Source of the DNA: a virus | Taxonomy: Duplodnaviria > Caudoviricetes | Reading direction: 5' to 3' (one strand) | Virus record (IMG/VR): IMGVR_UViG_3300032138_000009 | Location: 1-64,000 of that record | Length of the DNA stretch: 64,000 nucleotides | Part shown: in pieces, positions 17,842 through 28,077 of the stretch | How positions within the stretch are numbered: the stretch's first letter is position 1 | Layout of the letters: every line of letters begins with the position of its first letter | Notes under the pieces: model-generated | Told to the model about the DNA's origin: nothing | Databases searched by the model: none | What the model saw: the letters and a program-made list of their open reading frames with translations, nothing else | Translations under genes and position numbers: made by a program

Positions 17842-20800
17842 TGTAACAATCACCCCATTAAGTGGTTCGCTTGCTTTAGATGGAAGTATAGGTACGAAGC
17901 CTACTCCATCTGCAACTACTATAGGATATGTATGGGCTTCGGGAACAAATAATGCTGGCCTTTGGTATACTGATGGAGCTGGAACAACTGCACAACTTAA
18001 TGCCGCAGCAGGAGGAGGAGATATAGGTGGTACAGTCTCCGATAACTATATTCCCATTGCTGATGGTGATGATACTCTTGCCAACTTTACTCCTGCATAT
18101 GTAGAAGGGTATAATATTATTATAGGTAGAACTGCACAAAACACAACCACAGATGCAGACGACAATACAATGCTAGGTCACAACGCAGGTTATGCATTAA
18201 CAACTGGAGATAGGAATGTTTTTATAGGTAGAAATGCAGGAGACCAAACAACCACTGCTAATAGTAATGTAGCTATAGGAAGATATGCTATGGGTGGTGC
18301 AGGAGCTACTGTAGCATATTCCGTTGCTATAGGTACTCAAGCTAATAATTCGATAGGAGGTACTTCGACTGGTGTAGGACATATGTCTAATTATGCAGCA
18401 GGTCAACATAAGACTGCTGTTGGATATCAAGCTAATTTATATCCATCTGGAAATGATAATACAGCTGTAGGTCATCAGGCCCTTCTTGGTGCATCTGCTG
18501 GAACTGTCTCGGCTTATAGTAATGTAGCAATCGGTAAACAAAGTATGGCATCAGCTACTACAGCACATAGCAATGTGGTTGTAGGTAATCTAGCGGGTTA
18601 TACTCTTACAACAGGATATTACAATACTTATATAGGTAAGGACGCAGGAAGTGGTGCCACTACAAGTGCTCACAGTAATGTGGCTGTAGGATTTGATGCA
18701 TTATCCTCGAATCATGGTGCAGGAAATGTAGCTATAGGTAGAGGAGCTTTACGTACTACTACAGATGCTAATCAGGTTGCTATAGGATATAGTTCTTTAG
18801 CATCTAATACAGCTGGAGAAAAGAACACGGCTGTTGGATATGATACACTTACAACAAACACCACAGGTAATTATAATACTGCTATGGGACATCAAGCGCT
18901 CGCATTAAACGTTCATGGTGATTATAATACAGCGTTTGGATATAAGGCTTTATTAGCAGCAGCCACTGCTGATGGCACTGGTGGTAATACTGCTATAGGT
19001 GGCTATATGACTTTAGGAAGTGTAACAGCAGGTATTCGTAATAATGCGATGGGTCATTCTGCTGGACACACACTAACTACAGGTAACTATAATGATTTTA
19101 TAGGCTACCAAGCAGCCTATTCTAATGTACATGGAGATTATAATGTAGCTATAGGAAGAGCTGCTTTATATTATAATACACCTGCTGATGGAGCAGGAAG
19201 AAACGTAGCAATAGGTTCTTGGGCTTCTTATGGTCCCGGCACGACTTTTGCGATGACTGGTACTACAGCTATAGGTTATGCTGCTGGATATTGGACTTCG
19301 GGTAACGCTAATGTTTGGATAGGAGAAGGAGCTGGTTATGGTGGTGAAGCTGTTGGTAATACATCTACTCAATCTGTATCTATAGGTGCTGAATCTTCTA
19401 AAGCTATAACTACTGCTAATAATCACGTAGCCGTAGGATATGCCGCAGCTAATGATATCACGACTGGGGCTGATGGAGTTTATATAGGAAAAACAGCTGG
19501 ACAAAAATTAACAACCCAGAATTATAATGTTGTTATAGGGGCAGATGCAATGAATGCAGCTACAGGAGTTTCTGATTCAGTTGTTATAGGTAGACAAGCT
19601 ATGGGTGGAGCTGCTGCTACAGGAGATGACAATGTTATAATGGGATATAGAGCAGCTTATGATTTAACTACTGGATATAGTAATGTAATAATGGGTCATT
19701 CTTCTGCTGAAAATATAACAGAAGGGCATAAAAATATTATTGCTGGACATTCAGCAGGTGGTGCAATAACTACTGCTCATAGTAATGTAGCCATAGGATA
19801 TCAAGCTTTAGACTCAACCACAGTAGGTTCAGAAAACGTAGCAATAGGTGCTTACGCTGGACAAGCTTTGGTTGGAACAACTAGTAGTGTTTATGGAGGT
19901 TTTAGTGTTTTTGTTGGACATACAGCAGGATATCAAATGACAGGTAATGTCAGCTATGGTGGTAACACAATGGTAGGACATGCTGCTGGTTATAGTGCTA
20001 CTGGAGCTGATAGGTCCACAGGTATTGGTGCTTCAGCTATGTATTATGCTGATGGTGCAAAATATAATACAGCTGTTGGAAGAGTAGCTGGAGCTTATGC
20101 AAAAGGAACAGGTAGTACTCATGTAGGAGATTCCTCTGGATATAGAGTTAGTGGTAATTATAATACTTCTGTTGGTTATGAAGCTTTATCAGGTGCTTCG
20201 TCAGGAACAGGTTATGGAACAGCAAAAGAGAATGTAGCTATAGGAAGGCAAGCACTAGCGAGTGTAACTTCAGCCAACAGAAATACAGTAGCAGGATATA
20301 CAGCAGGTTTCTCTATGACAGATGGTCATAACAACAATATATTTGGTTATCAAGCAGGTTACGCTATAACAACTGGCTTCGGTAACGTTCTAAGTGGATA
20401 CCAGACAGGTAAAGCTTTAACTGATGGAGTATACAACACCATGACTGGAGTTCAGGCTGGTTTATATGAAACAGGTGATTATAACGTAATGATGGGACAT
20501 CGCGCTGGAGAAGGAGGTTCGGGAGACCCTGATACTCTACGCAGTGTTTTTATCGGATATCTTTCAGGATATAGACAATCAGGAGCTAGTTATAACGTAG
20601 CTGTAGGAACTTATTCCGCAGCAGGTGCTGACTTCTCTGGTGGGTCTAATGTTATGATGGGATATTCAGCAGGGCAGAACGCCACTACAGCTAATGCAAA
20701 CGTATTTTTAGGATATTATGCAGGTTCTAGTGGAACTACAGCACAACATAATGTAGTCATAGGAAATCAAGCAGGTCAAGAATTAACTACAGGTACACAA

Positions 20801-23602
20801 AACGCATTTGTAGGAAGTAATTCAGGTAGATATATAACCATAGGCCATAATAACATAGGAATGGGATACGGTGCACTTAATGCACTTGTAGAAGGAGACA
20901 AGAATATAGCAATTGGTTCCTTTGCTGCAAATGCTACAGTATCCGCAGATGGTGTGGGAAACAACATAGCTATAGGTTATCAAGCTATGACTACAAATAC
21001 CACAGGTGTAGATAACGTAGTAATAGGTGGTAATGCCTTAGATTCCAACACTGGTGGTAAAAATGTTATTATTGGTACAAATGCAGCTCAAGGTGCAACT
21101 ACTATGGACGCTTCAACGATTATAGGTCATCAAGCAGCAGGTGGTGGCGCCCCAACAGGAGATTATAATACGATTGTTGGATATCAAGCTGGATATGCAT
21201 TAAATGGTGCAGTAGAAGCCAATGTGTTCTTGGGACATAGAGCTGGTTATACTAATACTACTGGAGGTAGTAATACATACATAGGTTATACTGCTGGACA
21301 TTCAGCTACTATAGGAGAAAAGAACGTAGCTATAGGACATAGTGCATTATATACTAATGTTGATGGAGATAAAAATATAGCTATAGGTTGGCAAGCTCTG
21401 TATTCACTGGAACCAGCAGGAGATGCAGGTGAAAATACTGCTGTGGGTCATCAAGCAGGTCGTTCTGTAACTACAGGAACAGGTAACGTATTTTTAGGAC
21501 ACAAGGCTGGTTATAACACAGACCACGACACTGAATCCAACAAATTAGTTATAGCTAATTCAAATACTACAACTCCATTAATTGATGGAGACTTCTCAAG
21601 TGCTTCTGTCACTATAAACGGTAACTTATCTTCTCATCATCTATCACCAGTAGCAGATGATACATATACCTTAGGAACTCCTGCCAAACAATGGCAAGAG
21701 TTGCATATAAGTGATATAATATATAATAAAGGTTATATTCACATGGCTGATAGCACAGGTTTAGCAGGTACAAATCGAATATATGCTTCTGGTGCTAACT
21801 TATACTGGAACACTTCAAAATTAAATGACCAATCTTCTACAGCAGTGGAAACAGGTACCGTTTGGGAAGGACCAAGCAGTACTACTTATCCATTAGCTTT
21901 CGTAGAGGACCAAGGAGGTAGATTACTAAGAACTGAAAGTGCTGCTAACTTCCCAGCTTATCTTTCCTATAATACTACAACTGCTTTAATGACTGTACGT
22001 AATACATCTTTCTATACAATGAAATTAGGAGGTAGTGCTGCAATGGGTTCTATCGTTACAGGAGGAGACACTTCAAATTCAGATACAGCTTTAGCTACTA
22101 GTAGTTTCGTTATGGATAATGCAGGAAGTACCAGTCCGGGTGGTTCTGATACTCAAATTCAATTCAATAATGGGGGTGCCTTTGGTGGTGTAAGTGGATT
22201 TACTACAACTGATGATGGTTCTGACGTTACCTTAACAAGCGCTACAGCTAGTAAACCTGTATTTACAATAGAAAACACTAACGCAGATAATACTCCACCG
22301 GGATTAACATTTTATAAAAATACAGCAAGCCCAGCTTCTGGAGACCAAGCAGGTAGTATAAAGTTTGACAGTGAAGAAGCAACAAGCGGCGATAGAAAAA
22401 CATACTGGGAAATACAATCTCGTATTAATGACCCTACTAACACAACACCTAACGGTCAATTAAATTTCTATGGACTTGATGGGGACAGTCCCGGTTTTAT
22501 TCATCAGTTCCAATTTATAAACAGTCAATTCTCTGTTCTTGATAGCAATGGAGTAGGACCAACAATGTCTTGTACTGGAACAAATGGTGGACAATTTAAA
22601 ACAGCTGGTTCAAAGATGAGGCTACAAGCCAAGTCAGATTCTACTGGTGAAATCCACATGATGGCTAATTATGTAGGTATTAACACAACTTCACCTACTA
22701 ACCTGTTATGTGTATCAGGTAATGCTAGCCCAATGAGATTATATGGAACTAGTACTGGTAAAGTAGAGTTCGATGTATCTACTTCTGGAGACTTCACTAT
22801 AGATTCTGATGATGATATAAGATTAGATGCAGGTGGTCAAGATATAGTATTAAAGGGTGCTGGTAGTGAATTTGGTAGATTAACCAACAGTTCTCAAGAT
22901 TTTATTATACAGAACACTCAGAATGATAAAGATATAATATTTAAAACTGTAGATAATACTTCCACAACAACTGTAATGACTATTGATGGTTCTGAATCAA
23001 GAGTAGGCATAGGCACAACTGCACCTAACAATACTTTAGAAGTAGCTGGGGTTATTCGTGGTACCAATTATATATGGCAAAAACAAGATGGTACACCCGG
23101 AGTATTGTTTGGGAATGGTGGAGATGCAGATATTTACTATGATGGCACTAATATGATTTTTAACGCAGCTCGTGTTGGTAGTGGTAAAGAATCACACATA
23201 ACTACTGTACATGCTAGTGGAGCTTCGTTTCAAAAAGACTTAGGAGAATCTTTATTTATACGTGCAATTCATGGTGGTTTTGACCAAAATGCAATCTTAG
23301 CAGCAGCACCTAATATTCAATATGTAGCACCAGCTGGTCCAAGTGCTCCCGGTACCTCCGCCATTCCAACCGAACTACCACTTGCTGAAGCTGGTAATGA
23401 AGGTTTAGAAATAACAGTTATGCAAACATGGGCAGCGGACCCTACGGCGGCCTTACAGGTCCAAGCATCAACTGGTAGTCCGGATGTTATTTATGAAGGG
23501 GGAAGTAATACTGCCTCAGCAAATGTATCAGTAGCTGCTTATCGAGGAGCAAATAAAACTTTCATTCAGGTTGCGGAGGCTATTTGGGTGGTGAAAGGAT
23601 GA
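17834..23602 (+). CDS. Giant fibre/adhesin protein 2 (1922 aa)
   Basis: Long NxAIG/NTAVG beta-roll region (about 18100-21550) and modules shared with fibre 1. Confidence 0.85.
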   Translation: MVNVTITPLSGSLALDGSIGTKPTPSATTIGYVWASGTNNAGLWYTDGAGTTAQLNAAAGGGDIGGTVSDNYIPIADGDDTLANFTPAYVEGYNIIIGRTAQNTTTDADDNTMLGHNAGYALTTGDRNVFIGRNAGDQTTTANSNVAIGRYAMGGAGATVAYSVAIGTQANNSIGGTSTGVGHMSNYAAGQHKTAVGYQANLYPSGNDNTAVGHQALLGASAGTVSAYSNVAIGKQSMASATTAHSNVVVGNLAGYTLTTGYYNTYIGKDAGSGATTSAHSNVAVGFDALSSNHGAGNVAIGRGALRTTTDANQVAIGYSSLASNTAGEKNTAVGYDTLTTNTTGNYNTAMGHQALALNVHGDYNTAFGYKALLAAATADGTGGNTAIGGYMTLGSVTAGIRNNAMGHSAGHTLTTGNYNDFIGYQAAYSNVHGDYNVAIGRAALYYNTPADGAGRNVAIGSWASYGPGTTFAMTGTTAIGYAAGYWTSGNANVWIGEGAGYGGEAVGNTSTQSVSIGAESSKAITTANNHVAVGYAAANDITTGADGVYIGKTAGQKLTTQNYNVVIGADAMNAATGVSDSVVIGRQAMGGAAATGDDNVIMGYRAAYDLTTGYSNVIMGHSSAENITEGHKNIIAGHSAGGAITTAHSNVAIGYQALDSTTVGSENVAIGAYAGQALVGTTSSVYGGFSVFVGHTAGYQMTGNVSYGGNTMVGHAAGYSATGADRSTGIGASAMYYADGAKYNTAVGRVAGAYAKGTGSTHVGDSSGYRVSGNYNTSVGYEALSGASSGTGYGTAKENVAIGRQALASVTSANRNTVAGYTAGFSMTDGHNNNIFGYQAGYAITTGFGNVLSGYQTGKALTDGVYNTMTGVQAGLYETGDYNVMMGHRAGEGGSGDPDTLRSVFIGYLSGYRQSGASYNVAVGTYSAAGADFSGGSNVMMGYSAGQNATTANANVFLGYYAGSSGTTAQHNVVIGNQAGQELTTGTQNAFVGSNSGRYITIGHNNIGMGYGALNALVEGDKNIAIGSFAANATVSADGVGNNIAIGYQAMTTNTTGVDNVVIGGNALDSNTGGKNVIIGTNAAQGATTMDASTIIGHQAAGGGAPTGDYNTIVGYQAGYALNGAVEANVFLGHRAGYTNTTGGSNTYIGYTAGHSATIGEKNVAIGHSALYTNVDGDKNIAIGWQALYSLEPAGDAGENTAVGHQAGRSVTTGTGNVFLGHKAGYNTDHDTESNKLVIANSNTTTPLIDGDFSSASVTINGNLSSHHLSPVADDTYTLGTPAKQWQELHISDIIYNKGYIHMADSTGLAGTNRIYASGANLYWNTSKLNDQSSTAVETGTVWEGPSSTTYPLAFVEDQGGRLLRTESAANFPAYLSYNTTTALMTVRNTSFYTMKLGGSAAMGSIVTGGDTSNSDTALATSSFVMDNAGSTSPGGSDTQIQFNNGGAFGGVSGFTTTDDGSDVTLTSATASKPVFTIENTNADNTPPGLTFYKNTASPASGDQAGSIKFDSEEATSGDRKTYWEIQSRINDPTNTTPNGQLNFYGLDGDSPGFIHQFQFINSQFSVLDSNGVGPTMSCTGTNGGQFKTAGSKMRLQAKSDSTGEIHMMANYVGINTTSPTNLLCVSGNASPMRLYGTSTGKVEFDVSTSGDFTIDSDDDIRLDAGGQDIVLKGAGSEFGRLTNSSQDFIIQNTQNDKDIIFKTVDNTSTTTVMTIDGSESRVGIGTTAPNNTLEVAGVIRGTNYIWQKQDGTPGVLFGNGGDADIYYDGTNMIFNAARVGSGKESHITTVHASGASFQKDLGESLFIRAIHGGFDQNAILAAAPNIQYVAPAGPSAPGTSAIPTELPLAEAGNEGLEITVMQTWAADPTAALQVQASTGSPDVIYEGGSNTASANVSVAAYRGANKTFIQVAEAIWVVKG

Positions 23603-23608
23603 GGAAAG

Positions 23609-23617
23609 CTTTAAATA
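23609..23617 (+). promoter_or_regulatory. TATA box (GGAAAG-CTTTAAATA)
   Basis: ATG at 23640 about 22 nt downstream; same 15-mer at 60449-60463 on the - strand. Confidence 0.65.
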
Positions 23618-23639
23618 TGATAACGGGAGTAAAGTATAT

Positions 23640-23849
23640 ATGAAGGTGCAGGAGCGTGACGAGCTTTTAGTCCGTATGGATGAGCGTGTAAAAACCGTAT
23701 TCAACCGTATGGAAAAGTTTGAAACGCTTTTCACTAATCATTTGCACCACCATCAGATGTGGGAAGATGAAATTAAGCAGTCCATGTGGAGATGGATAGC
23801 TATGTTAGTTGCTCTCGCTGGTGGTACAGGCGCTATGGGGATGATGTAA
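23640..23849 (+). CDS. Small coiled-coil plus C-terminal TM protein (XhlA/holin-like architecture)
   Basis: LLVRMDERVKTVFNRME coil; WRWIAMLVALAGG TM. Confidence 0.55.
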   Translation: MKVQERDELLVRMDERVKTVFNRMEKFETLFTNHLHHHQMWEDEIKQSMWRWIAMLVALAGGTGAMGMM

Positions 23850-24316
23850 TGGCAGTAAGTATATCATGGAATTCTACATTTAGAAATAGAGTCCGTTTGT
23901 TAGCGGGTATAGAACAAGAAGAATTAGATAACTCTACAATAGATATATTAGCCAATATAGCTGCTGAATGGTTTAATGAAAACACTAGTGGTACTTTTAC
24001 TCTTAATGACGATAATACTTATGATAATGCTGTTATGTATTATACGTGTTATCTATCGTGCCTCGCCCAGAATGGTGTAGGCGTTGACAGGATTGCTATA
24101 GGTGACCTTCAAGTTTACTACGACACATCCGAATACGAGGTCTGGGAAACTTTAGCTAATCAAGCACTTATCATGAAGAAGAGCTTGAGTATTAAGCGAA
24201 CTGAATATAATGCTGCTCCTTACCTCGGAAAAGTTAACTGGCTCAAGAACGTTAAAGGGGTTGATGCCACTAAGAATATGTATCCGTCGGTAAAGGGAGT
24301 AGATTACAGTGCTTAG
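23849..24316 (+). CDS. Head-tail adaptor
   Basis: TAATG coupled start at 23849; RNRVRLLAG...IAIGDLQVYY pattern; position. Confidence 0.65.
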   Translation: MAVSISWNSTFRNRVRLLAGIEQEELDNSTIDILANIAAEWFNENTSGTFTLNDDNTYDNAVMYYTCYLSCLAQNGVGVDRIAIGDLQVYYDTSEYEVWETLANQALIMKKSLSIKRTEYNAAPYLGKVNWLKNVKGVDATKNMYPSVKGVDYSA

Positions 24317-25295
24317 TAATCAAGGAGTTAGGCCCGGTCATGTTAATATGGCAAGAGTTTTACGTCAACTCAGGCATAGGTCTGGACAGAGTCGTATGGT
24401 AACTTATCATCGACCTGCTATTTATGGTAAAGATAATTATGGGGTAGAAGGAGGTACTATTGTTACTCAAGAACTTTTATATCCTAATTTACCAGCTCTA
24501 ATACGCCCTGCAATGACTGCCGACTTTAGATTAGAAAAAGCTGGCGCTAACATTATAGGTGTAGCACGAGTTTATACCCCTAATATGCAAACCATAAAGG
24601 GATATTCTAATTTTGACCAAACAATTACTAATCCTAACTTTGATGAAATAGAGGGCTGGGATAGGTTTATAGATAGCCAAAGAACTATATACCATGTTCC
24701 TACTAGCGGAACCTCTGGATGGACATCTGGGAGCGCAGATGTTACATTTGCATCTGATGGTCAACAAATCACAGCTACATTAGGCACTGATTATAATGGC
24801 ACGTTTTATTTAACTACGGGAGCTCAAAATACGCTAGAAGCTGACAGAATAAAGTTCCAAATAATGGCTAGTGGAGCAAGCAATATAGCGCTCAGTAACT
24901 TTAAGAGTTTTAATGGAGGCACTCAGGATACCAACTATCAAATTAAGTATACACCTGCTTCATTGAGCATACCTACAGGTAGTTGGTTAACTATAGATGT
25001 ACCATTTGTCTCAGGAACAGTAGGCAGTGGAACTTCTATATATATGGACGGAACCCGTTATGCTGTAACAGTTACAACAGGCTCTAGTTTTGATTATGAA
25101 GCTAATTTCAGAGATTTTGAATTTAAGGTATCTGGAGCAGCTAGTGGTAATACTGTTATGGTTAGAAATATAAAGTTTTATAAATCTATATCATGGCACG
25201 TACATTCATTAAAAGAATTAAATAGTGATTTTACTACTTATAATTGTGTGAGAACTCGTGGTAATCGTGATTCTCGTAGGAGGGCTTATTCATAA
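24309..25295 (+). CDS. Head-closure-like protein with inserted beta-sandwich domain
   Basis: VTYHRP...ALIRP...ARVYTP N-part and WHVHSLKE...YNCVR C-part flank a Ser/Thr/Gly-rich insert of about 165 aa. Confidence 0.5.
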   Translation: MLSNQGVRPGHVNMARVLRQLRHRSGQSRMVTYHRPAIYGKDNYGVEGGTIVTQELLYPNLPALIRPAMTADFRLEKAGANIIGVARVYTPNMQTIKGYSNFDQTITNPNFDEIEGWDRFIDSQRTIYHVPTSGTSGWTSGSADVTFASDGQQITATLGTDYNGTFYLTTGAQNTLEADRIKFQIMASGASNIALSNFKSFNGGTQDTNYQIKYTPASLSIPTGSWLTIDVPFVSGTVGSGTSIYMDGTRYAVTVTTGSSFDYEANFRDFEFKVSGAASGNTVMVRNIKFYKSISWHVHSLKELNSDFTTYNCVRTRGNRDSRRRAYS

Positions 25296-25297
25296 AC

Positions 25298-25786
25298 ATG
25301 GCATCTGACCACATTAATAACGTAGAGAGAACATTGATTGATAATTTAAGAACCGGGACTTATAGTGGAGGTACTGCTTGGTCTTCCTCAGATATAACAG
25401 TGTTCGGACAATTTCCTGAACCAGAAGATATTAAATATCCTTGTATGGTAGTAGAAATGGTCGCTAATGGTGTTGATGAACAGTTCATGGGTATGAATGT
25501 AGATGGAAGTACTGGCGAACTTTATGGGATAGGGTTTAGAATTCATTTAGCAGTACAACGAGAAAGTTCTATCACAGTAGGCTCTACCCCTTATAAACAA
25601 CGTAGACTATTAAATTATTTGATGCTTCAAGCAGCTAATGTTCTTATGGATTGTGATTTTTCATCTTCGGGTACTGAAATAGACCAGCGTTCTTTTGGAG
25701 GGTTTACTGAAATCGGATATAATGCCTCTCTTGAGGTGTGGGCGGCTTCCACCACTATGTTACTAGTTTTCAAAAATACAAGATAG
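25298..25786 (+). CDS. Tail terminator/completion protein
   Basis: ITVFGQFPEPEDIKYPCMVVE pattern; 162 aa in neck block. Confidence 0.6.
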   Translation: MASDHINNVERTLIDNLRTGTYSGGTAWSSSDITVFGQFPEPEDIKYPCMVVEMVANGVDEQFMGMNVDGSTGELYGIGFRIHLAVQRESSITVGSTPYKQRRLLNYLMLQAANVLMDCDFSSSGTEIDQRSFGGFTEIGYNASLEVWAASTTMLLVFKNTR

Positions 25787-25787
25787 T

Positions 25788-27977
25788 ATGACACTAGAAG
25801 AATATAAAGGTAAATATTCTGATACTGAAGCAGGTCAGGACGCATTTGCCACTACTGAGTTTGGTTTTGATATATGGATGCCCTTTGCTAAACAATGGAA
25901 ACAATCTCTTACTGATGGTGCCATGACTGAGGGTTCTAATAAGTGGACCGTAGCTCCTAAATCAGTTGGAGCAGAGAGTGCAAATCAAGTGACAAAAGAT
26001 TGGTCTCCAATGTTTGACTTATTTAGAGAAAATTTTGATGAAGCTTATAATGCATATCCTAAAACAGCTGCTAGAGTAGCAAGTTCAACAATGGGAAGAG
26101 AACTAGGAAAAATTTTATATGATGCGCAATTAATCCCACCCTCAATCAATAAACAATCAGGAGTGGGAAAATATATGGCAACCACAGGAGAAACTAAAGA
26201 CTATTTAGTTATGGAATATTTGGAAAATAATAAAGGTAATACTAAAGATTGGAATGTTGATAATGTTAGTGGTCCAGCTAAATTTTTATCTTCAGGAGCC
26301 AAAAAAGGATTTTCTGAGTTGAGTGCCCATAGTATTGATTTTTTAGCTGAAACCGACCAAGAAGCTGCTAATTTAGAATATATGTTAGCACGAATGTCTC
26401 ATAGTTTAACTAAGGACCAAAAAAAGGCAGGCTTTTTGGACAATATTCAAGGTATTGAAGTTACGACTGAATTAGGCACTAAATATTTTTCTGACGCATA
26501 TAATGAGTTGAGTCATATGGAAAACCCACAAAAACAACTCGAAAAGGGTGCTAAAATTGCAGCTAAAAGAATTATGAAAGAATATAATAAAATAGGTGGT
26601 TCTCTTTCAAACGCATATGGAGAATTAAGTAAAGGTGCAAAGAAAAGGATAGGTCATGGAGGTAAAACTGGTGTTGAGACTGCGTCATATATAGGAGCTC
26701 AGTTGGTAGATAGGTTTTGGGAAGTTACTGAGAGGATGTTTAAACAGACAAACGGTGAACAAATAAAGGGAGGAGCATACTTATACCAAATACCTTTGAA
26801 AGGTTCAGAAATAATGGTTGGAAAAAAAAAGTTGTCACCCCTCATAGGTTTTATAAGAATAGAACCTGTTTTTAAAAAAAATAGTTTTAAAGCTGGTACG
26901 GCTCCAAATTATGGTGATTTAATATTACAAAAAATAGCGACACAAGCTCTTGTAATAGATATAAGTAGTGTTAAAGGTAAGAGTGCTGATGAAATAGCTG
27001 CATTCTTGGAGACTCTACACGGAGATACAGCTAACCCAAATGTCTTAGGATTAGTGAATAATTGGTTGATGTCAGATGCTCATTTTAATTTAGGAATGTC
27101 GCTCGGGGAAGCTACCGCGCTAGGTAAAGATATGGATGCTCAGGTAGCTAACACAACTGTATTTACTAGTCAAAGGTTAGAGCATATAGGTTCATCATTG
27201 TGGGTGTATACTCAGGGTGGTGTTGACCATTTATCACCTAAACCATTCGTACAAGCTGTTAAAACTCTTACTACTCCTGAGATTGCTGCAAGTTTAAAAG
27301 AGCAATTTGAAAACTTTTTAAACCCAAAGAAAGGAAAGGCCGGAAAGCAAATGGCTAAGAAATATGCAAAGTTTTACGAAGAAGCAATTAAAAGGTCGCA
27401 AGCCATAACAAAAATATGGATTAAATCTATTAAACGACAATGGAGTAATTGGAGTGGAGTAAAGAATTCTATCTTTGGAAAATCATACGGATATACAGGT
27501 CCAAAATCTGGAAGAGGGGAGGGTGCCGCAGCTGCTTGGTTTATGAATTATAATAGAGACCCCGGTGGTTGGGCAGAGTTTAAAAGTAAAACAGGTCAAG
27601 GTAATATCCAATATATTTTGAAATTGTTAGGAGGTCAGGAATCTAGCGCAGGACAAATGCCCGGATATAAAAATGCAGTTCCAGTGCAGGGAACAGGAAC
27701 ACCTATGATATTAGAAGGAGGACAACTGAGGCCAGCAACTCCTGAGGAAATTACAACAAAACGCGGGGACCAAGGTGTTCGTTGGGCTGACGAGTCTACT
27801 CTTGTTGATGGACAAGTTGGTGTAGGTACTGATGTATTTCTTCACGGAGGAACACAGATGGGAGGAGGTATTCATAGACCTGAAGCTAGGGGAACTCTTA
27901 ATCCTTTCTTAGTTACGAAAGGTCAATTGGAATCACCATTCTGGGGACTATCTGCAAAGGGAAAGAAGATTAAGTAA
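25788..27977 (+). CDS. Uncharacterised 729-aa basic protein in neck block
   Basis: Long ORF; no recognisable family. Confidence 0.6.
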   Translation: MTLEEYKGKYSDTEAGQDAFATTEFGFDIWMPFAKQWKQSLTDGAMTEGSNKWTVAPKSVGAESANQVTKDWSPMFDLFRENFDEAYNAYPKTAARVASSTMGRELGKILYDAQLIPPSINKQSGVGKYMATTGETKDYLVMEYLENNKGNTKDWNVDNVSGPAKFLSSGAKKGFSELSAHSIDFLAETDQEAANLEYMLARMSHSLTKDQKKAGFLDNIQGIEVTTELGTKYFSDAYNELSHMENPQKQLEKGAKIAAKRIMKEYNKIGGSLSNAYGELSKGAKKRIGHGGKTGVETASYIGAQLVDRFWEVTERMFKQTNGEQIKGGAYLYQIPLKGSEIMVGKKKLSPLIGFIRIEPVFKKNSFKAGTAPNYGDLILQKIATQALVIDISSVKGKSADEIAAFLETLHGDTANPNVLGLVNNWLMSDAHFNLGMSLGEATALGKDMDAQVANTTVFTSQRLEHIGSSLWVYTQGGVDHLSPKPFVQAVKTLTTPEIAASLKEQFENFLNPKKGKAGKQMAKKYAKFYEEAIKRSQAITKIWIKSIKRQWSNWSGVKNSIFGKSYGYTGPKSGRGEGAAAAWFMNYNRDPGGWAEFKSKTGQGNIQYILKLLGGQESSAGQMPGYKNAVPVQGTGTPMILEGGQLRPATPEEITTKRGDQGVRWADESTLVDGQVGVGTDVFLHGGTQMGGGIHRPEARGTLNPFLVTKGQLESPFWGLSAKGKKIK

Positions 27978-27998
27978 ACTTTAACATAAGAGCATAAG

Positions 27999-28007
27999 CT
28001 TTATATA
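27999..28007 (+). promoter_or_regulatory. TATA box for tail operon
   Basis: AAG-CTTTATATA in 100-nt intergenic gap. Confidence 0.65.
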
Positions 28008-28077
28008 GGACAAACCATTATTAATTACAGAATGAAATGGATTGTTGTCTAGACAAAAAAGTAAGAGGTATTAAAAA

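Noticed and set aside
9112-23602. Diversity-generating retroelement acting on the fibres
   Set aside because: No reverse transcriptase in the window; repeat differences are synonymous-type, not adenine-specific
25788-27977. Contractile tail sheath
   Set aside because: No sheath-like motifs and no wedge/baseplate J genes; tail organisation is siphovirus-like
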